From: Octopus sinensis
Lineage: Eukaryota
Length of the DNA stretch: 64,000 bases
Direction: 5' to 3'
Assembly (NCBI RefSeq): GCF_006345805.1
Contig: NC_043008.1
Span: 10,106,001-10,170,000 of the forward strand
Below are positions 37,842-51,371 of this stretch, in pieces. Below the pieces are notes generated by a model. It was not told the DNA's origin and did not search any database. It was given only the letters and a program-made list of their open reading frames with translations. Numbering within the stretch: position 1 is the first letter of the stretch; each line of letters begins with the position of its first letter. The translations under genes were made by a program, and so were the position numbers.

Positions 37842-38140
37842 ATAATCATCATCATCGTTTAATGTCCGCTTTCCATGCTAGCATGGGTTGGACAATTTGA
37901 CTGAGGGCTGGCGAACCAGATGGCTGCACCAGGCTTCAATCTTGATCTGGCAGAGTTTCTACAGCTGGATGCCCTTCCTAACGCCAACCACTCCAAGAGT
38001 GTAGTGGGTGCTTTTACTTGCCACTGGCATGGGGGCGAGTCAGACAGTACTGGCAACGACCTTGCTTGAACCTTTTTACACATGCCACCAGCACAGATGC
38101 CAGTAAGGCGATGCTGGTACACAAGTGCCAGTAAGGCAAA
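37842..38140 (-). mobile_element. (GAT)n-tailed retroposon
   Basis: Colinear with 4853-5470. Confidence 0.8.
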
Positions 38141-39920
38141 AATCAAATATTAGATTGCACCCCACCTTACCTTTTTTTTTTTACCAAAAGACAAGCCATC
38201 TGAAAGGCAAACTTATCATGGAGTTAAGACCAAAATATTTAATGTAGTGAGCTTAAAAAACTAATCTGTAGTTATACAATGGTGAAAAGACAATAGTCCA
38301 ATGCCTATTTCAGTTTGGCAAATATGGGAGGTAACTCTAAACATGTTTTGACTTTATTAGACCTCTTCATTGAATCTGTTATGGTTCTAAGTTCCCAAAT
38401 AGCAAAACCAACATAAGCAGGGATGTAACTAAATACCAAAAGGCATTTTATCTGGTGTTCTATTTTCCCTGATACGATAGTTTCTAATTTAGGTGCAAGG
38501 CCTGCAGTTTTGAATGGAAGGGTGTTAATCAGTTTCATTGCCCCAAGTATATGACTGGTACTTTATTTTATTGACCCTGAAAGAACGTAAAGTAAAATTG
38601 ACCTTGGCAGGATTTGAACTCAGAATGTAAAGAACCAGGAGAAATGCCACAGGGGTTGTTTTTTCATTTTTATTTATTTTTTATTTTATTTGCTTAAACA
38701 AGTCTGCCAACTCACCACTTAATAATTATGATTGACGTCTTTGATTGAGTGACCCTTGGTAGTTTAAAGAAAGCCAAGTCAGTTTTATTTGCGGTACAAG
38801 TTGAATATAGCTTCTCTAACTATTTATAGTAACAGAGATAAGCTCCACTGTTTCAAAACATTGAGCTGCACCATTTATAATCAACCATTTGCTGATTAGA
38901 TTCTTGACAGGACAAAATGAAAAAAAAATAATAAAAAATTTATCAAAGATTCTATTCAAGTTCATTCGTTTATGATTTTTACATCTCTTGTTTGTAGTTT
39001 TTTTTTTTTATTCAAGGTAATTTCTTCCTATATGCAAAAATAGCCACCAGATAAGCAGTGTTGCTAAGTTCTGGTTTGTATTTATTTTGTTAATCCGACA
39101 AGGCCGAAGAAAAGAATTACCGAAGGCCTTCTTATCCTCTTTTAAACTTACAGTAGGATTTGCTGCTGGCAGGGTTGCAGTATGGACATTGACCAAAGTA
39201 GATAAAGTAGCGGATGAGTAGGATAGATAGTCTTATTATTTAGCCGCAGGTCAGTCCTCATAGAACAGACAGACCACTGATCAAAGGCGTCTGATCATAG
39301 TCATAGCTATCTCACCTTTGATGGTTTACACTTGCCGCCGATACATACTTCCTGTTTTAAGATGGTAGGGCGTAACGAGGGAGGTTTGACTACTGTTTCT
39401 AGCAAGTAAAGCAACCACATAAAAGCTCTCTCTTTAGTTTGTGTACTTCAAGTGCATAGAGGTGAGGTAGCATAGAAATTGAGTTGGGATAAGTATTGTT
39501 AGTCATTACTCAGCCAACCATAACCTGTCTATTTTAGCAGGTGCTTCGTCTCTCTCTGTCTGCCTCTCTCATTTCACAGTTGAGTGATTAGCAACAGGAG
39601 TATTATCCAGACAATTACTCCAACAGCATGCAATGCAAACCAATGTTCAAAGACCTGTGTTTTAGCATAAAAATGTGAGCATAAAACAGAGAAGAATTGA
39701 TTAGCAAATATTGTATTATTAGTTAAATCAGAGAAGAAAGAGGTCTCCGCTCAACAGTTGTTGGTCACCATTGTAGGATTGAATTTGCTTGTGGAGTGGA
39801 CAAATCATTCCTTGTCTGTAAGTCTTGTGAACGAGAGAATATAGTTTATGAATCATTCTGGACTTGTAAACAATATCCTTGTGGGGTGTGTATTTGTGTA
39901 TTTCATAAAGGTGGATTACT

Positions 39921-40190
39921 ATCATCATCATCATCATCGTTTAACGTCCGTTCTCCATGCTAGCATGGGTTGGACGGTTCGACCGGGGATCTGGGAAGCC
40001 AGAAGGCTGCACCAGGCTCCAGTCTGATCTGGCAATGTTTCTACAGCTGGATGCCCTTCCTAACGCCAACCACTCCGTGAGTGTAGTGGGTGCTTTTTAT
40101 GTGCCACCTGCACAGGTGCCAGGCGAGGCTGGCAACGGCCACGATCGGATTGGTGCATTTTACGTGCCACCGGCACGGAAGCCAGTCAAT
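39921..40190 (-). mobile_element. (GAT)n-tailed retroposon, young subfamily
   Basis: CGGTTCGACCGGGGATCTGGGAAGCCAGAAGG variant, nearly identical to the 52346 copy and similar to the 62945 copy. Confidence 0.85.
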
Positions 40191-41568
40191 TGAACTAATT
40201 GTTCAATAATAAATATTTCTGTTGTGTTTTGTTTTCTTTATATGGCCAGCTTCTAAAGAGAATTAAACACTGTGGTTGAGGCTTCAGTACTGCTCCAGTC
40301 CATAGCCATTGTTTTGCATCATCTTCATCATATCTTGGTTTTCCACACTGGCATGAATTGGGTGGTTCGACAGGAACTGGCAAGCCTGGGAGCTGCACCA
40401 GGCTCCAATTGTCTGTTTTGGTATGGCTTCTATGGCTGGATGCCCTTCCTAACACCAACCACATTAGTGTGTACTGGGTGCTTCTTTTTTTTATGTGGCA
40501 CCAGCACCAGTGTTTTACCTGTGACACCATCACAGGTGCTTTATCTGTGACATATAAGAAGCCAATGGTTTTTAATAGTTGGATTCCCTTCTCATCATAA
40601 ACTGAAAAATCATGAAATGAGAACACAACTTATTGTTTACTCATTTGAGTGAAGAGATTTGTGCTTTGCCCCGAGTTGCTATAGAATGGATGGTGGTTGT
40701 AGTAGTAGTAGTAGTAGTAATAGTAAAGTTTGAAATCCTAATTATTTGGTCAGTAGTGCTGCATCATAACATCATCACCTAACCATTAAACATATTGAAA
40801 AACTGAATTAAATGCATGTTCATATGACATGGCAAAATTCGAAATTTCCAGTTATTTTTGAATTGGATGTTTGGAAAGAGAAAAAGATTGTCCTTTGAAG
40901 AGATTTTTCTCTCCTTCTTTTTCTAAGTAGCAGACAGAACAATAAAACCAATTTAGAAACATGACACTTGCCAAAAGAATTTTTCTTTCTTCCTTTCCTT
41001 TTGTTAACTCTTTTTTTTTTCTTTTGTCAATTTAGAAAATCTAGCTAAAAGGTTATATAAGCCTAATTTATTGAGTCAGTAACCTAGTTTCTATGTTAAT
41101 AACTGACCATTTTAACCCATTCCATTTAGCCAACGTTTCCAGTAGCCAAAAGGCCAAATGTCATGGCATCTCTTTTAGATTGAATATCAACTTTGGTGTC
41201 AGATGAAAATACACACGGAATTTATAATGAAATGGACTGTTCTGCACCAACAAACACACGGAGCTTCTAATCAAATGAGATCCAAATCTATGATAGAGAA
41301 AACCATGACTACTAAAAGACATTATGATATAGGTTCAAATACTGATGCTATTTCATTAGATCCACGTGCAGAATTGAACTCGTCAGCTTAAGAGTGGTGC
41401 CACTGTCTACAGTGATAAGTCCTTCCTTCCTTAGGGTAACTGTTTACATTTAAGCAGACTGTCCCGTTTAAGAATTAAGTTATTCATCACAAACACCATG
41501 ATGCTTGGAGTGTGATACAAATTTATTTGGTTCAACTTTCTGTGACACACTCCAATGTTTTATGCATA

Positions 41569-41938
41569 TCTCTCTATATATAAACGGCAAAATATCTGTC
41601 TGTGTGTGTGTATCCTTTATACAAATCCACAATTTTTCAGTTAGAGGGCTCGCACTTTCTATGGTCATTCAAAACCGTCCAAGGGTGGTCATGCACATCT
41701 TTACATTTCCCCAGTCACCCTTCAAAGCCATTAAAACATCAATAGAAGTGACTTTTTTGTGAATTTTCTATCCAAAACCCAATCAAAATGCCCGAAACTT
41801 GATACGCCAATTGAATGCCGGCTAGCTGTATGTGATTGGTTGGAGATTTGGACAGTACTCATGTGTATGTGCGCATGCACACAGCTGTATATGCATGCAC
41901 TAGCACTGTGACACGGCGTTGCTGGATCATAGTGCTAG
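41569..41938 (+). mobile_element. Non-autonomous Helitron-like element C
   Basis: A^TCTCTCTATATATAAACGGCA ... CTAG^T; terminal 12-bp stem CTAGCACTGTGA/TCATAGTGCTAG. Confidence 0.7.
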
Positions 41939-42163
41939 TAGAATTATAAATCATAAAATTATTACTTTGATCTTTGCTTCATTGAGCTTTCCATGCAGGT
42001 CTCAGTGCTGGGTTTTTTTTATGATATTCTTTGACTTTACTGATTTCTCACATGCCTTTATCTCTCTTTTGTGCTTTTCGTTTATAAACCTTTAGCAGGG
42101 CATTATATATATACGTATGTACAAGGAGCTCCTGCTCTTTGGAACTGGCTCTTCCACTTCAGT

Positions 42164-42545
42164 CAGTGGTTTTCAGTCAGAGTCCATTTGAGCACCAGGG
42201 GGTGGGGTGGGGGTCTATATTAGATTTTAGGGGTTCATGCAAGCAGAATTAGTAAATTGGGGATCCGCAGTCGTAGTTTAAGAGTCTATGAAAATATTTT
42301 GTGTTGCATGTATTTATTGCTTGGGACACTCAGGTTTCTTTCTCTAACATTTAGTTTGATATATTTATGGCCACTGATAACTGTTCTCTGAGAGTGCTCT
42401 ATTGCCAACCTACACAAGTGAATGGCTGTAAAACAAAGTAAGAATTTTGAAACCTCGAATCGCTGGTGGTGGTGGTGGTGGGGCTCCACAAGAATAAAAT
42501 AGTAATCAAAGGGGTCCACAGTTATAAAATGGTTGAGGACCACTG
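42164..42545. mobile_element. hAT-like MITE, old
   Basis: CAGTGGTTTTCA ... GGTTGAGGACCACTG termini; degenerate 8-bp TSD ACTTCAGT/ACTTAGGT. Confidence 0.6.
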
Positions 42546-42756
42546 ACTTAGGTATTCAGCCACCCACATACTTTTTGGTCTTGCTCTAAGCTCTACATCC
42601 TTTGCTTCCTTCCCAGAATTGCTCTCCTTCCTCCAACCATCCCAAATCCACTCCCATACCAGTGTTAACTTAGGTTCAAGAACATTAATGGCATCAGTGT
42701 TACCTGTCTAAGAAATGCTTATGAAGGCTGTGACCACTATTCCTTTCTTCACAACT

Positions 42757-43003
42757 ATCATCATCATCGTTTAACGTCCGCTTTCCATGCTGGCATGGGT
42801 TGGACGATTTGACTGAGGGCTGGCGAGGCAGATGGCTGCACCAGGCTCCAATCTTGATCTGGCAAAGTTTCTACAGCTGGATGCCCTTCCTAACGCCAAC
42901 CACTCCGAGAGTGTAGTGGGTGCTTTTTACATGCCACCGGCACGGGGAGGGGGGGGCAGTCAGGCGGCACTGGGGCCAGTCAGGTGGCACTGGCAACGAC
43001 CTA
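42757..43003 (-). mobile_element. (GAT)n-tailed retroposon
   Basis: Family 3' half. Confidence 0.8.
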
Positions 43004-43589
43004 AGTTAAAAAAAACAAAAAATCAATGTTTTTGTTGCTTTGTGAAGACAGAATTAAAAAAGAAATCCAAAAAATAATTGAGCACGGTTGTTAATGGCCT
43101 TGTTAAGATTATTGATATCTCACACTATCAGATTATGTTTATCTTGTGTCATGCTACTGTTTAAATCACTTTTCTTCTCTTTTCTCTCTTTCTCTCTCTC
43201 TCTCTCTCTTTAGGTTGATCTGATTTAAATATCTGCTGTTGTTTAAACAGTGACCAGGTGATCAGGTCAAAGACAGTTGACCTTTCTACCAAACAGCTGA
43301 AGTTACTGTGGTTGTGGTTTCAACTTTGAGTAAGTTCAATGATTTTGCAGTTCAAATTTCAAATTGTTTTTGCTTTCCTCCTTTGACCTCCTTTCCGTTT
43401 TGTAACTCAACATATGTGACTTAACTGGCCCAGTCACACAAATCCATCACTCCTCACACACACACACACTCTCTCATCATATATGTTGCTGGGCTTTTCG
43501 TATATAATATAATGAGTTGAAAAACTTCAATCAGCTTAGATTACCTGAGCAGTTGGTAAATAAAAAATCCCTTCAGGGTTCTTCTATCC

Positions 43590-43978
43590 TTTTATTTGTT
43601 TCAGTCATTTGACTGCGTCCATGCTGGAGTACCACCTTTAGTTGAGTAAATCGATCTCAGGACTCATTCTTTGTAAGCCTAGTAGTTATTCTATCGACCT
43701 CTTTGCTGAACTGCTAAGTTACAGGGACATGAACATCCCAGTATCTGTTCTCAAGCGATGTTGGGGGGACAAACACAGACACACAAACACATATACATAT
43801 ATATATATACACACACAATAGGCTTCTTTCAGTTTCCATCTACCGAATCCACTCACAAGCCTTTGGTCGGCCCAAGGCTATAGTAGAAGACACTTGCCCA
43901 AGGTGCCATGCAGTTGGATTGAACCTGGAACCATGTGGTTACTAAGCAAGCTACTTACCACACAGCCACTCCTGTGCT
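43590..43978 (-). mobile_element. CORE-type SINE
   Basis: Reverse-complement match to 33772-34156; a further partial copy lies at ~44520-44690. Confidence 0.8.
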
Positions 43979-44862
43979 TATGTTTAAAATCTGAAAACAA
44001 TAAACAGCAATAAGATCAATTGATCAAAATATTTGGGCAAGAGAAAAAAAACTGATGTCTTCACCAACTGTGCCTCGTGTTTTTGTAGCAAATCAGAAAA
44101 TGCCAAGGTACAGAAAACCTGAGTTTTTACTACATCACACTTATACATGAGGTGCCCCAGCATGGTCGCAATCTAATGACTGAAACTAGTAAAAGATAAG
44201 ATTCTAAAACTTTTAAACAAGCTGATTGCTTGCTACAACACATTTAGTTTTTTATTCATTTAGCTGTGGATCGAAAAACAATTGAAAATAATTGATATAG
44301 ATAATGCATATCAGAGTAGATCTGGTTTTTAAAGGCAACTGGTGAGTAACAGACATGTTTCAGTGTTATTTGACCTTCTCAGCAAAACATTCTGTTTAGT
44401 TAACAAAAGCAATCGATGCAGAGAAATGGTAGGATGGTAGTGATGCCAATTATGAGTCGATTCCAGTCTTCACATTATTAACTTTGAACATCTGCGGACA
44501 GTTATGAAGTACAAGCGCTTACACACACATGTACACACATGACGAGAACTTCTACCTACCAAATTCAATCACAAGGTTTTGGTCGGCCTGGGACTATCGC
44601 AGAAGACACTTGCCCAAGGTGCCAAGTATTGGGACTGAACTGGAAACCTATGTGGTCAAGAAACACGCTTCCTAACCACGCAGCCATGTGGAAAATAGAA
44701 GCTTTACTTACATGCAGTTAATAATGTTTCTTTTCTCTCTTTTTTTTTTAAAGTTCATGTTTATTCCTGGTTGAGTAAACCTATACTAAAAGACCTTTCA
44801 ACTAGTACTGTTCGTTCTTCTTTGCCCAAACGGTATACCTGGGACCATTTAGTAACAACCTG

Positions 44863-45280
44863 GGATCTTTTCGGTTTGAACGGCAGTTTTTTCTAGCGGT
44901 GTCATTTGAAATTGTCACCCATAATTATGACCCTAGAATCGATCTATTGCATTTCAATCTGTTTTAGGGTTAGTTAGGGTTGGGGGAAAGAGTATCTTTT
45001 TTCTTCACAAATGTAAATAAACCCAATCTGTTTCTTAAACGAGGGACATATTCGTACGGCACAGAATGTCTTTTTTTTACCTCAATAGACGTCAGTGATT
45101 GGTTGAAATTGCATAAATTGAAGAAAAAAAACAACAAATATCTTATAAACTATAGAATTTTCTCAATAAAGCCAAGAGCAAAAGATGTTTTATAAACACA
45201 TTTTACCAACATACGAAGTTAAAAATTTTTTAGTTACCTAGAAATTATGTTAAAAACTGCCGTTCAAACCGAAAAGATCC
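44863..45280. mobile_element. MITE with 29-bp perfect TIRs and 8-bp TSD (Merlin-like)
   Basis: GGATCTTTTCGGTTTGAACGGCAGTTTTT / AAAAACTGCCGTTCAAACCGAAAAGATCC; TSD ACAACCTG at 44855-44862 and 45281-45288. GG termini with an 8-bp TSD fit Merlin better than hAT. Confidence 0.85.
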
Positions 45281-45816
45281 ACAACCTGTAAAAAAATAAA
45301 GGTTTCATAGGTGGTTGGAGTAGAGTTGTGCCATCATCAGTGTAATCGTATCCAGACGTTTTTGCTTGTTCATTTAGTGAAGGGCAATTGGTGGTGGCGG
45401 CGGGAGCTTTTGGCATCGGGTAAGTAAGACGGGTGTAAAAGAAATAGAAAAATAATTAGAGAGATGTTAGCAAAGTTTATCTCCATCAATCAATGAGTGG
45501 CATACGAGAAACAGATGGAAATGGTTTGGATATATGTTCAACGTAAGCAGCTAGATAGATTCTAGGAGACAGTGTATTGGATGACAGAAGAAGCGGCGAG
45601 AAGAGGGAGACCGCGCTGCGTATAGTGAGAATGTGAGAGAGAGAGAGAAGCAGGTTGGTGGCGGGATGAGGGCGACGTGAACATGGTTGAAAAACCGGGC
45701 CCTGAACAGAGAAACAGCATAAATATCCTCTGCATTGCTCTGAGTTTTAACTGTGGCGGCGATGGCAGCTTTGTGGAGCTCCTTTGATTTGTTATATATA
45801 CATATATATATATATA

Positions 45817-46313
45817 CTAGCAGTATCGCCCGGCGTTGCTCGGGTTTGTAAGGGAAATAACTATATAAGCATTTTTAGAGTTATAGCCAAAAAATAGCAA
45901 AAAAATGCATTAAAAATGGGGAAAAAATTATGGTAAATTTTTTTTAAAATCGTTGACTCATCGTAGACATTTTTAGAGAGTTACTTCCCTTATATAATAG
46001 CGAAAAAATGCATTAAAATGGGAAAAAATGATGGTAAATTTTTTTTTAAATCGTTGACTCATCGTAGACATTTTTAGAGAGTTACTTCCCTTATATAATA
46101 GCGAAAAAATGCATTAAAATGGAATAAAATGATGGTAAATTTTTTTTTTAATCGTAGACTCATCGTAGACGCGCGCTAATACCCAGAAGGGCTCGATATG
46201 AATCACGACTATAAGATACCCGGTTTTGGTTAAACTGCACCGCAAAATGTGGGAGTAGTTAGGAATCTAAATCGTAGGAGACAGACACACAACTTCACTT
46301 TTATATATAAAGA
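45817..46313 (-). mobile_element. Non-autonomous Helitron-like element B with internal ~101-bp tandem repeat
   Basis: Minus strand A^TCTTTATATATAAAAG ... CCCGAGCAACGCCGGGCGATACTGCTAG^T inside (TA)n; ~2.7 internal repeat units at 45901-46170. Confidence 0.8.
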
Positions 46314-47605
46314 TATATATTTTTATTGGGTTCATATTTTGCTGTTATCGTTTCACAGTATGGAACCCTAAGGTAGCGTGTAGATAAACGCATTCTTGTT
46401 TACTAATGTTCTTTTAAGAACAGATGCACTTACTTAGGACGTCAACCCGCCTGCTTTGAATCTCCTCTTACAGTGCATCTGTGCTGCACAAGTGTGCTGT
46501 GTTCTTGCACACTGCAACTGAAGCACAGCATATCCCATGTACTGTTCCCAAATATTTGATTTAAATACTTCTATGCATATAAAGTTTTTGTTTGAGTATA
46601 TTCAACAAGTGTTAATACCACCGTTTCAAAACGTTTTACTCGACATTATTGTAGCTAAATGTGCCTAAAATCGATAATGTCGACACACAAATATGCAAGA
46701 AAAAGCAAAAAAAAAAGGCGAAGTGGTTACGGTTAGAACCAAAGTACGTAATTCTATTTATCCTGAGTTCACTTGGAACTAAACAACATGTAATATATCA
46801 GCTCTGTGTGATTGATTTCCTTGTCCACTAACATCAAACACATTCCATTTTGCTTATAAGTAAGAGAAATGGGATGTTCAACATTCATGCCTTTACCATG
46901 GGGTGTAGGTTGGAAATTATACCAAAATAGTTATTACCAATCATAGTAACTAACTCGAATTTTGACTTGCAAGTGGATGAAACTTATTCTATTAACTTTG
47001 CAGGGTTTAATTTTGTCTTAGAACTAAACTGTTCAAGAGGAAATCTCGTGAGCTTCTACCAAAAGCCCCACAAAATTTTATGGAAACCAACAGGCAATTA
47101 ATTATACCTGGAAAGTTGGTTAAAGGCATGTGTATCTGGTTTTTAAAACAGTAGAGAAGAAACAGATAGACCTAAAACTGTAGACTACGTTTGTTTTGTA
47201 AGTCATCCAGGACCTGCAAATTTGATCCCTATTTTCTGTAGAAATAAACTGCCGGTTGCTTGTCTATGTAAGTTGGTTTTCTCGCTGCAGCATTTGAACT
47301 AGGGCAGTTAAGGTCAAACACACACAAACTAGTGCAAACGAAGATTCTAAAACTAAATATAAGCAACGATATATTAAACATGTACCGAAATTAGTTTACG
47401 AGCAAGCTATATCCCCATTTGCAAAAACATTGGTGGATTGACAGAACTTGTCGAACCCAATGTCCTGCAGGTTACGGTCCTTTGCGTTTACTTTCAAATC
47501 CTATCGAAATCAGTGTCGATAAAATGAAATACCAGTCATAATTCGGGGAGTTGTTTGTTCTAATAATAACCTCCTTAATGTAAATGGAATTATATAATTC
47601 AAGAA

Positions 47606-47823
47606 GGCGGCGAGCTGGCAGAATCGTTAGCACGCCGGGCGAAATGCTTAGCGGTATTTCGTCTGCCGTTACGTTCTGAGTTCAAATTCCGCCGAGGTCG
47701 ACTTTGCCTTTCATCCTTTCGGGGTCGATAAATCTAAGTACCAGTTACGCATTGGGGTCGATGTAATCGATTTAATCCCTTTGTCTGTCCTTGTTTGGCC
47801 CCTTGTGGGTAGTAAAGAAATAG
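47606..47823 (+). mobile_element. Nin/Deu-like tRNA SINE monomer with 23-bp TSD
   Basis: AATGGAATTATATAATTCAAGAA at 47583-47605 and 47824-47846; defines the natural 3' end ...AAAGAAATAG. Confidence 0.92.
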
Positions 47824-48576
47824 AATGGAATTATATAATTCAAGAACAACAAATCTGACTGGTACTTAATTCATCTGATCCACTTTTACGATGTCCCCCC
47901 CCTCTTCTCCCCCCCCCCAGTCAGGCTACCTTGTTATTCCAGCGGTAATTCGCCCTCAAAAACTCAGATACATGTGCTGCCGTAAAATCAACAAGCAAAA
48001 ACAATAAAAGCAAACAAACAAACGAAGTTTTTTCAAATCTGACTTCGTTAACCAGGTTTTTTTTTAAATTTTCTTCTCGTGTCAACTGTTAAACATAGAA
48101 ATGTTTACGGAGCTGAATGAGAGAAGGGCGGGAGAAGCGAAGTGGCGTTGTGTGGCGGGGGAAGCCGAACAACACACGGAAACAATACTTGACAAAAACA
48201 AAATGACATATGGGAGAAGAACTGGCGCTCAGAAACATTACCGCCGCAACCACCACCACTAATTAACAATACACTCTCTCTTTCTCTCTCTGTCTCTCTC
48301 TCTCTCCCTCTCGCTAATTTTACTACTACCACCACCATAGTCATCCCCTCTCCTCCCTCTCTCTCTCTCTCTCTCTGATCATTACCCCCCTCCCCTCCCC
48401 TCACTCCACGATACTATTGTTGCCGACTTAACCTCTCACCTCCTCCTCCCCTTCATAACACCGACTAGTCCACTTTCCAGCCAATGAAATCAGTCGTAGC
48501 AGCTTCGCTACTTCAACTACGACTGTTACTCTTACCGCCACTGACACCGACCCCCTCCTTTCCTTCCTCTTTTACA

Positions 48577-48607
<31 letters not shown>

Positions 48608-50037
48608 CATCGCACGCACCACCCCCCATTGACACTTCTGCCTATTAAATTCTTACCACCACCACCACCTTCTTTACTATTGACACCCCCCTCCTCCTCC
48701 CGTAAACACACGCTTCTTTGACAGCCTCACCGCCCCCCCACCTCCACCGGTTTCTCTTTTTCCCTTCAAACTAAGAAATGTTTGTAATGCTGTTTTGTGA
48801 CGAGAAGGGAACCTGTACACAATATGCATGCACGCTGCATGCATTAGAAAGCAAGTGATGTATAAAGAATTTATTTCCACAGTAAGAATCTAAAGGAAGA
48901 AGAAACAACGTTTTGGACAGAAGCATTCACCAGGAGAGACACAGAGACAGAGAGAGAAAGAATCCCATGTAGGCCTTACAGACACACACCAACTCTGAAT
49001 GATTTATTCACACTGGCCTCGTTGTTTGTTTAACCAAAGTCCATCCAGCCCTCATCGAACAGACTTGTGCGCGATAAAGGACACTCCAGTCGCGACCATC
49101 GCATCTGTTGGCATACCTGTGATTGCAATTAACACGACCTTTTTTGTATTTAAGGCGATCGGATGCGATTTGAGAAAGATTTGGCTGCTATTTCTGTTTA
49201 ACAGAAGGGCTGCATAGATTGCCCTGTTTCTCTCTTTCATTGGTTCCTTCGCCGTTGTTGATATTTTCGGAAGCAGCTCATGGTGAATTTCTTATTTAAG
49301 CAGACACTTAAAGAACACTTAACGAAAACGATCGAACAGATTGTAAATCTATTTTATCGACCCCCTCGAGAGAGAGAGAGAAGGAAAGACAAAGTCGACC
49401 TCAGCAAGATTTGAATTCAAAAAACACTTTGTTGATAAAAAAAGGTTTGTTTATGGCTGCTACATTTGGGGGAAAGAAAAAACAGATCAATCGCCCGCAT
49501 AGAAGCTAGAATTCGAGGTATGAAGCCGACTTGCTCGAACATTTCTACATTTTCTCGGTGACTAATGTTAAACACGGTTTTCAAGTGAGACAGTCGAGTA
49601 GACAAAGTATGAATATCCTTTCTAGATTTGGTCATGGTTAGAACGCTTTTTGTAACGGGCCTTCTTGCTCAGTCAGAACCGACCTGGTGTTAAACATTTT
49701 TTTTTCTTTTAGCTATAGGCTTAAGTTTTTTGTGTTTGTGCAGGGAGAGGCATGGTCCATCATTCATGTTTTTTGTTACTTTTCCTCCACATATTATATG
49801 CTCGCATGTCGATACAGTGACATAACATTTGTTGTATTTCATGTTATATGAGTCAGAAGAATGCAGTGCATGTGCAGTGGAAATAGTTGCTGGGTTGTTT
49901 CGTTAATCAGAGATATTCAACATTGGGTTTGAATGGCTAAGATGATGTAAAGATCGGAGGGCGGGGAACCCTTCCAATCAGGAGCAAAAAAGAAAGAAAA
50001 AACCCTTTGGTATTATATATTTCGTAATATTCTTATT

Positions 50038-50592
50038 GGCATACCTACACAAATGTGCCCCTCCCCTTCAACTTTGTTTCCTCATAACTTCTAGAAAAAT
50101 TGAATATTTCTTAAATGAAATTTTCTACAAGTATGCTTCATATGGTGTAGGCTACGATTATATAAGAATTTATGGTAAAAAATGTTTTTGAGAGTGAGGT
50201 GGGAAGTTGCAGAAAATTGACACCAGCCGGCTTTGATTCCTTATATCTTTGAGAAAAATGGGTATTTTCTAATGAAATCTTTTACAAATACCTTTCAGAG
50301 TGTTTAGATTACGATTATATAGGAATTTAATATTAGAAAAACTGGTTGACTCCTACACATACTGACACACATCACAATTTTTTTCGAAATTTCATTTTGG
50401 TATATATGTAATGTGTATCAGTATTTTATGTGTACGAGCCGACCAATTTTTTTTTTAATATATATTGAATTCCGATCTAATCATAATCTACACACTTTGA
50501 CAGGTATTTTTTAGAAAATTTCATTGAAAAGTATCCCTTTTTCTTAAAGTTATGAGGAAACAAAGTCGGGGGCACACTTGTGTAGGTATGCC
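50038..50592. mobile_element. MITE-like element with long (~140-bp) imperfect terminal inverted repeats
   Basis: GGCATACCTACACAA...ACTTTGTTTCCTCATAACTT mirrored at the right end; a third subterminal block at ~50230-50340. TSD is not clear; Kolobok-like TTAA/RR ends are only a guess. Confidence 0.7.
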
Positions 50593-51371
50593 TTGATAGC
50601 ATAATTTATTTGTTTCACAAGTTTTTTCATCAGTCTCAAATATCTTTTCATTTCAGGTAACTTCCTCCACCCCCAAAAATCCTTGTCTATTCCCTACAGT
50701 ATGTTTAGTGAATTAAACACAATGAATTGTCTTGCCCAGAGACAGTACAGCAAGGCCTGTACCAGAGGTAGTCACTACGTGGTTGATCGACATGCTAGAA
50801 ATAGCTGCTAAATCTCCTTAGACTCATACCATGCGATCTTAAAAATAAAGAAACGACACATTGGATAATGTAATTGAACTACAAGTTCCCTTGTAGTTAA
50901 AAAAAATAAGTGGGATGGTCATGGCCAGAATATCGTTTATGAAAGATCTTGTCTGTCATGGTTGACTTGAGACTAAACATCATCTTCAAACACGACTCCA
51001 AGACGTCCAAATTCTTTAGTTATTTAACCACTTGGCTTTCACTCTTCCCCGTTGGCTAACTTACTGAGACTGCCAACACCTCTCACTTGCAATAGCTTCG
51101 TATTCCAGCATTAAAAAAATTTTTTTTCTTTGCACCCATGACATCACGTAACAGCAGTTGGACAAACGGGTTCAATAAAATTAAAAACCATTTCATGCAG
51201 CAGATGTGGAACAATCTGACACAGACCAAATATTTTGGAAACTGTCTGTGCTGATGACTCATTCGTGTGTGTGTGTGCATACATATGCACACATGCACAT
51301 GTGCTCAAAACTGAAATTGCCAGCTCAAGCTGTTGTCTGTACTGAAATACACACATGCACACATACATATA

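Noticed and set aside
38400-39240. Minus-strand exon-like segments (GLAPKLETIVSGKIEHQIKCLL; ...VNVHTATLPAANPT|GTAAGT)
   Set aside because: Each has only one convincing splice site, no domain similarity, and no consistent gene model.
39730-39920. Cys/His-rich frame (CKSCERE...WTCKQYPCGVCICVFH) recalling a piggyBac C-terminal domain
   Set aside because: Cys spacing is imperfect, part derives from TG repeats, and no transposase or TTAA-flanked TIR was found.
44960-44985. TTAGGG telomeric motifs
   Set aside because: Only two imperfect units, internal to a MITE; not an interstitial telomere.
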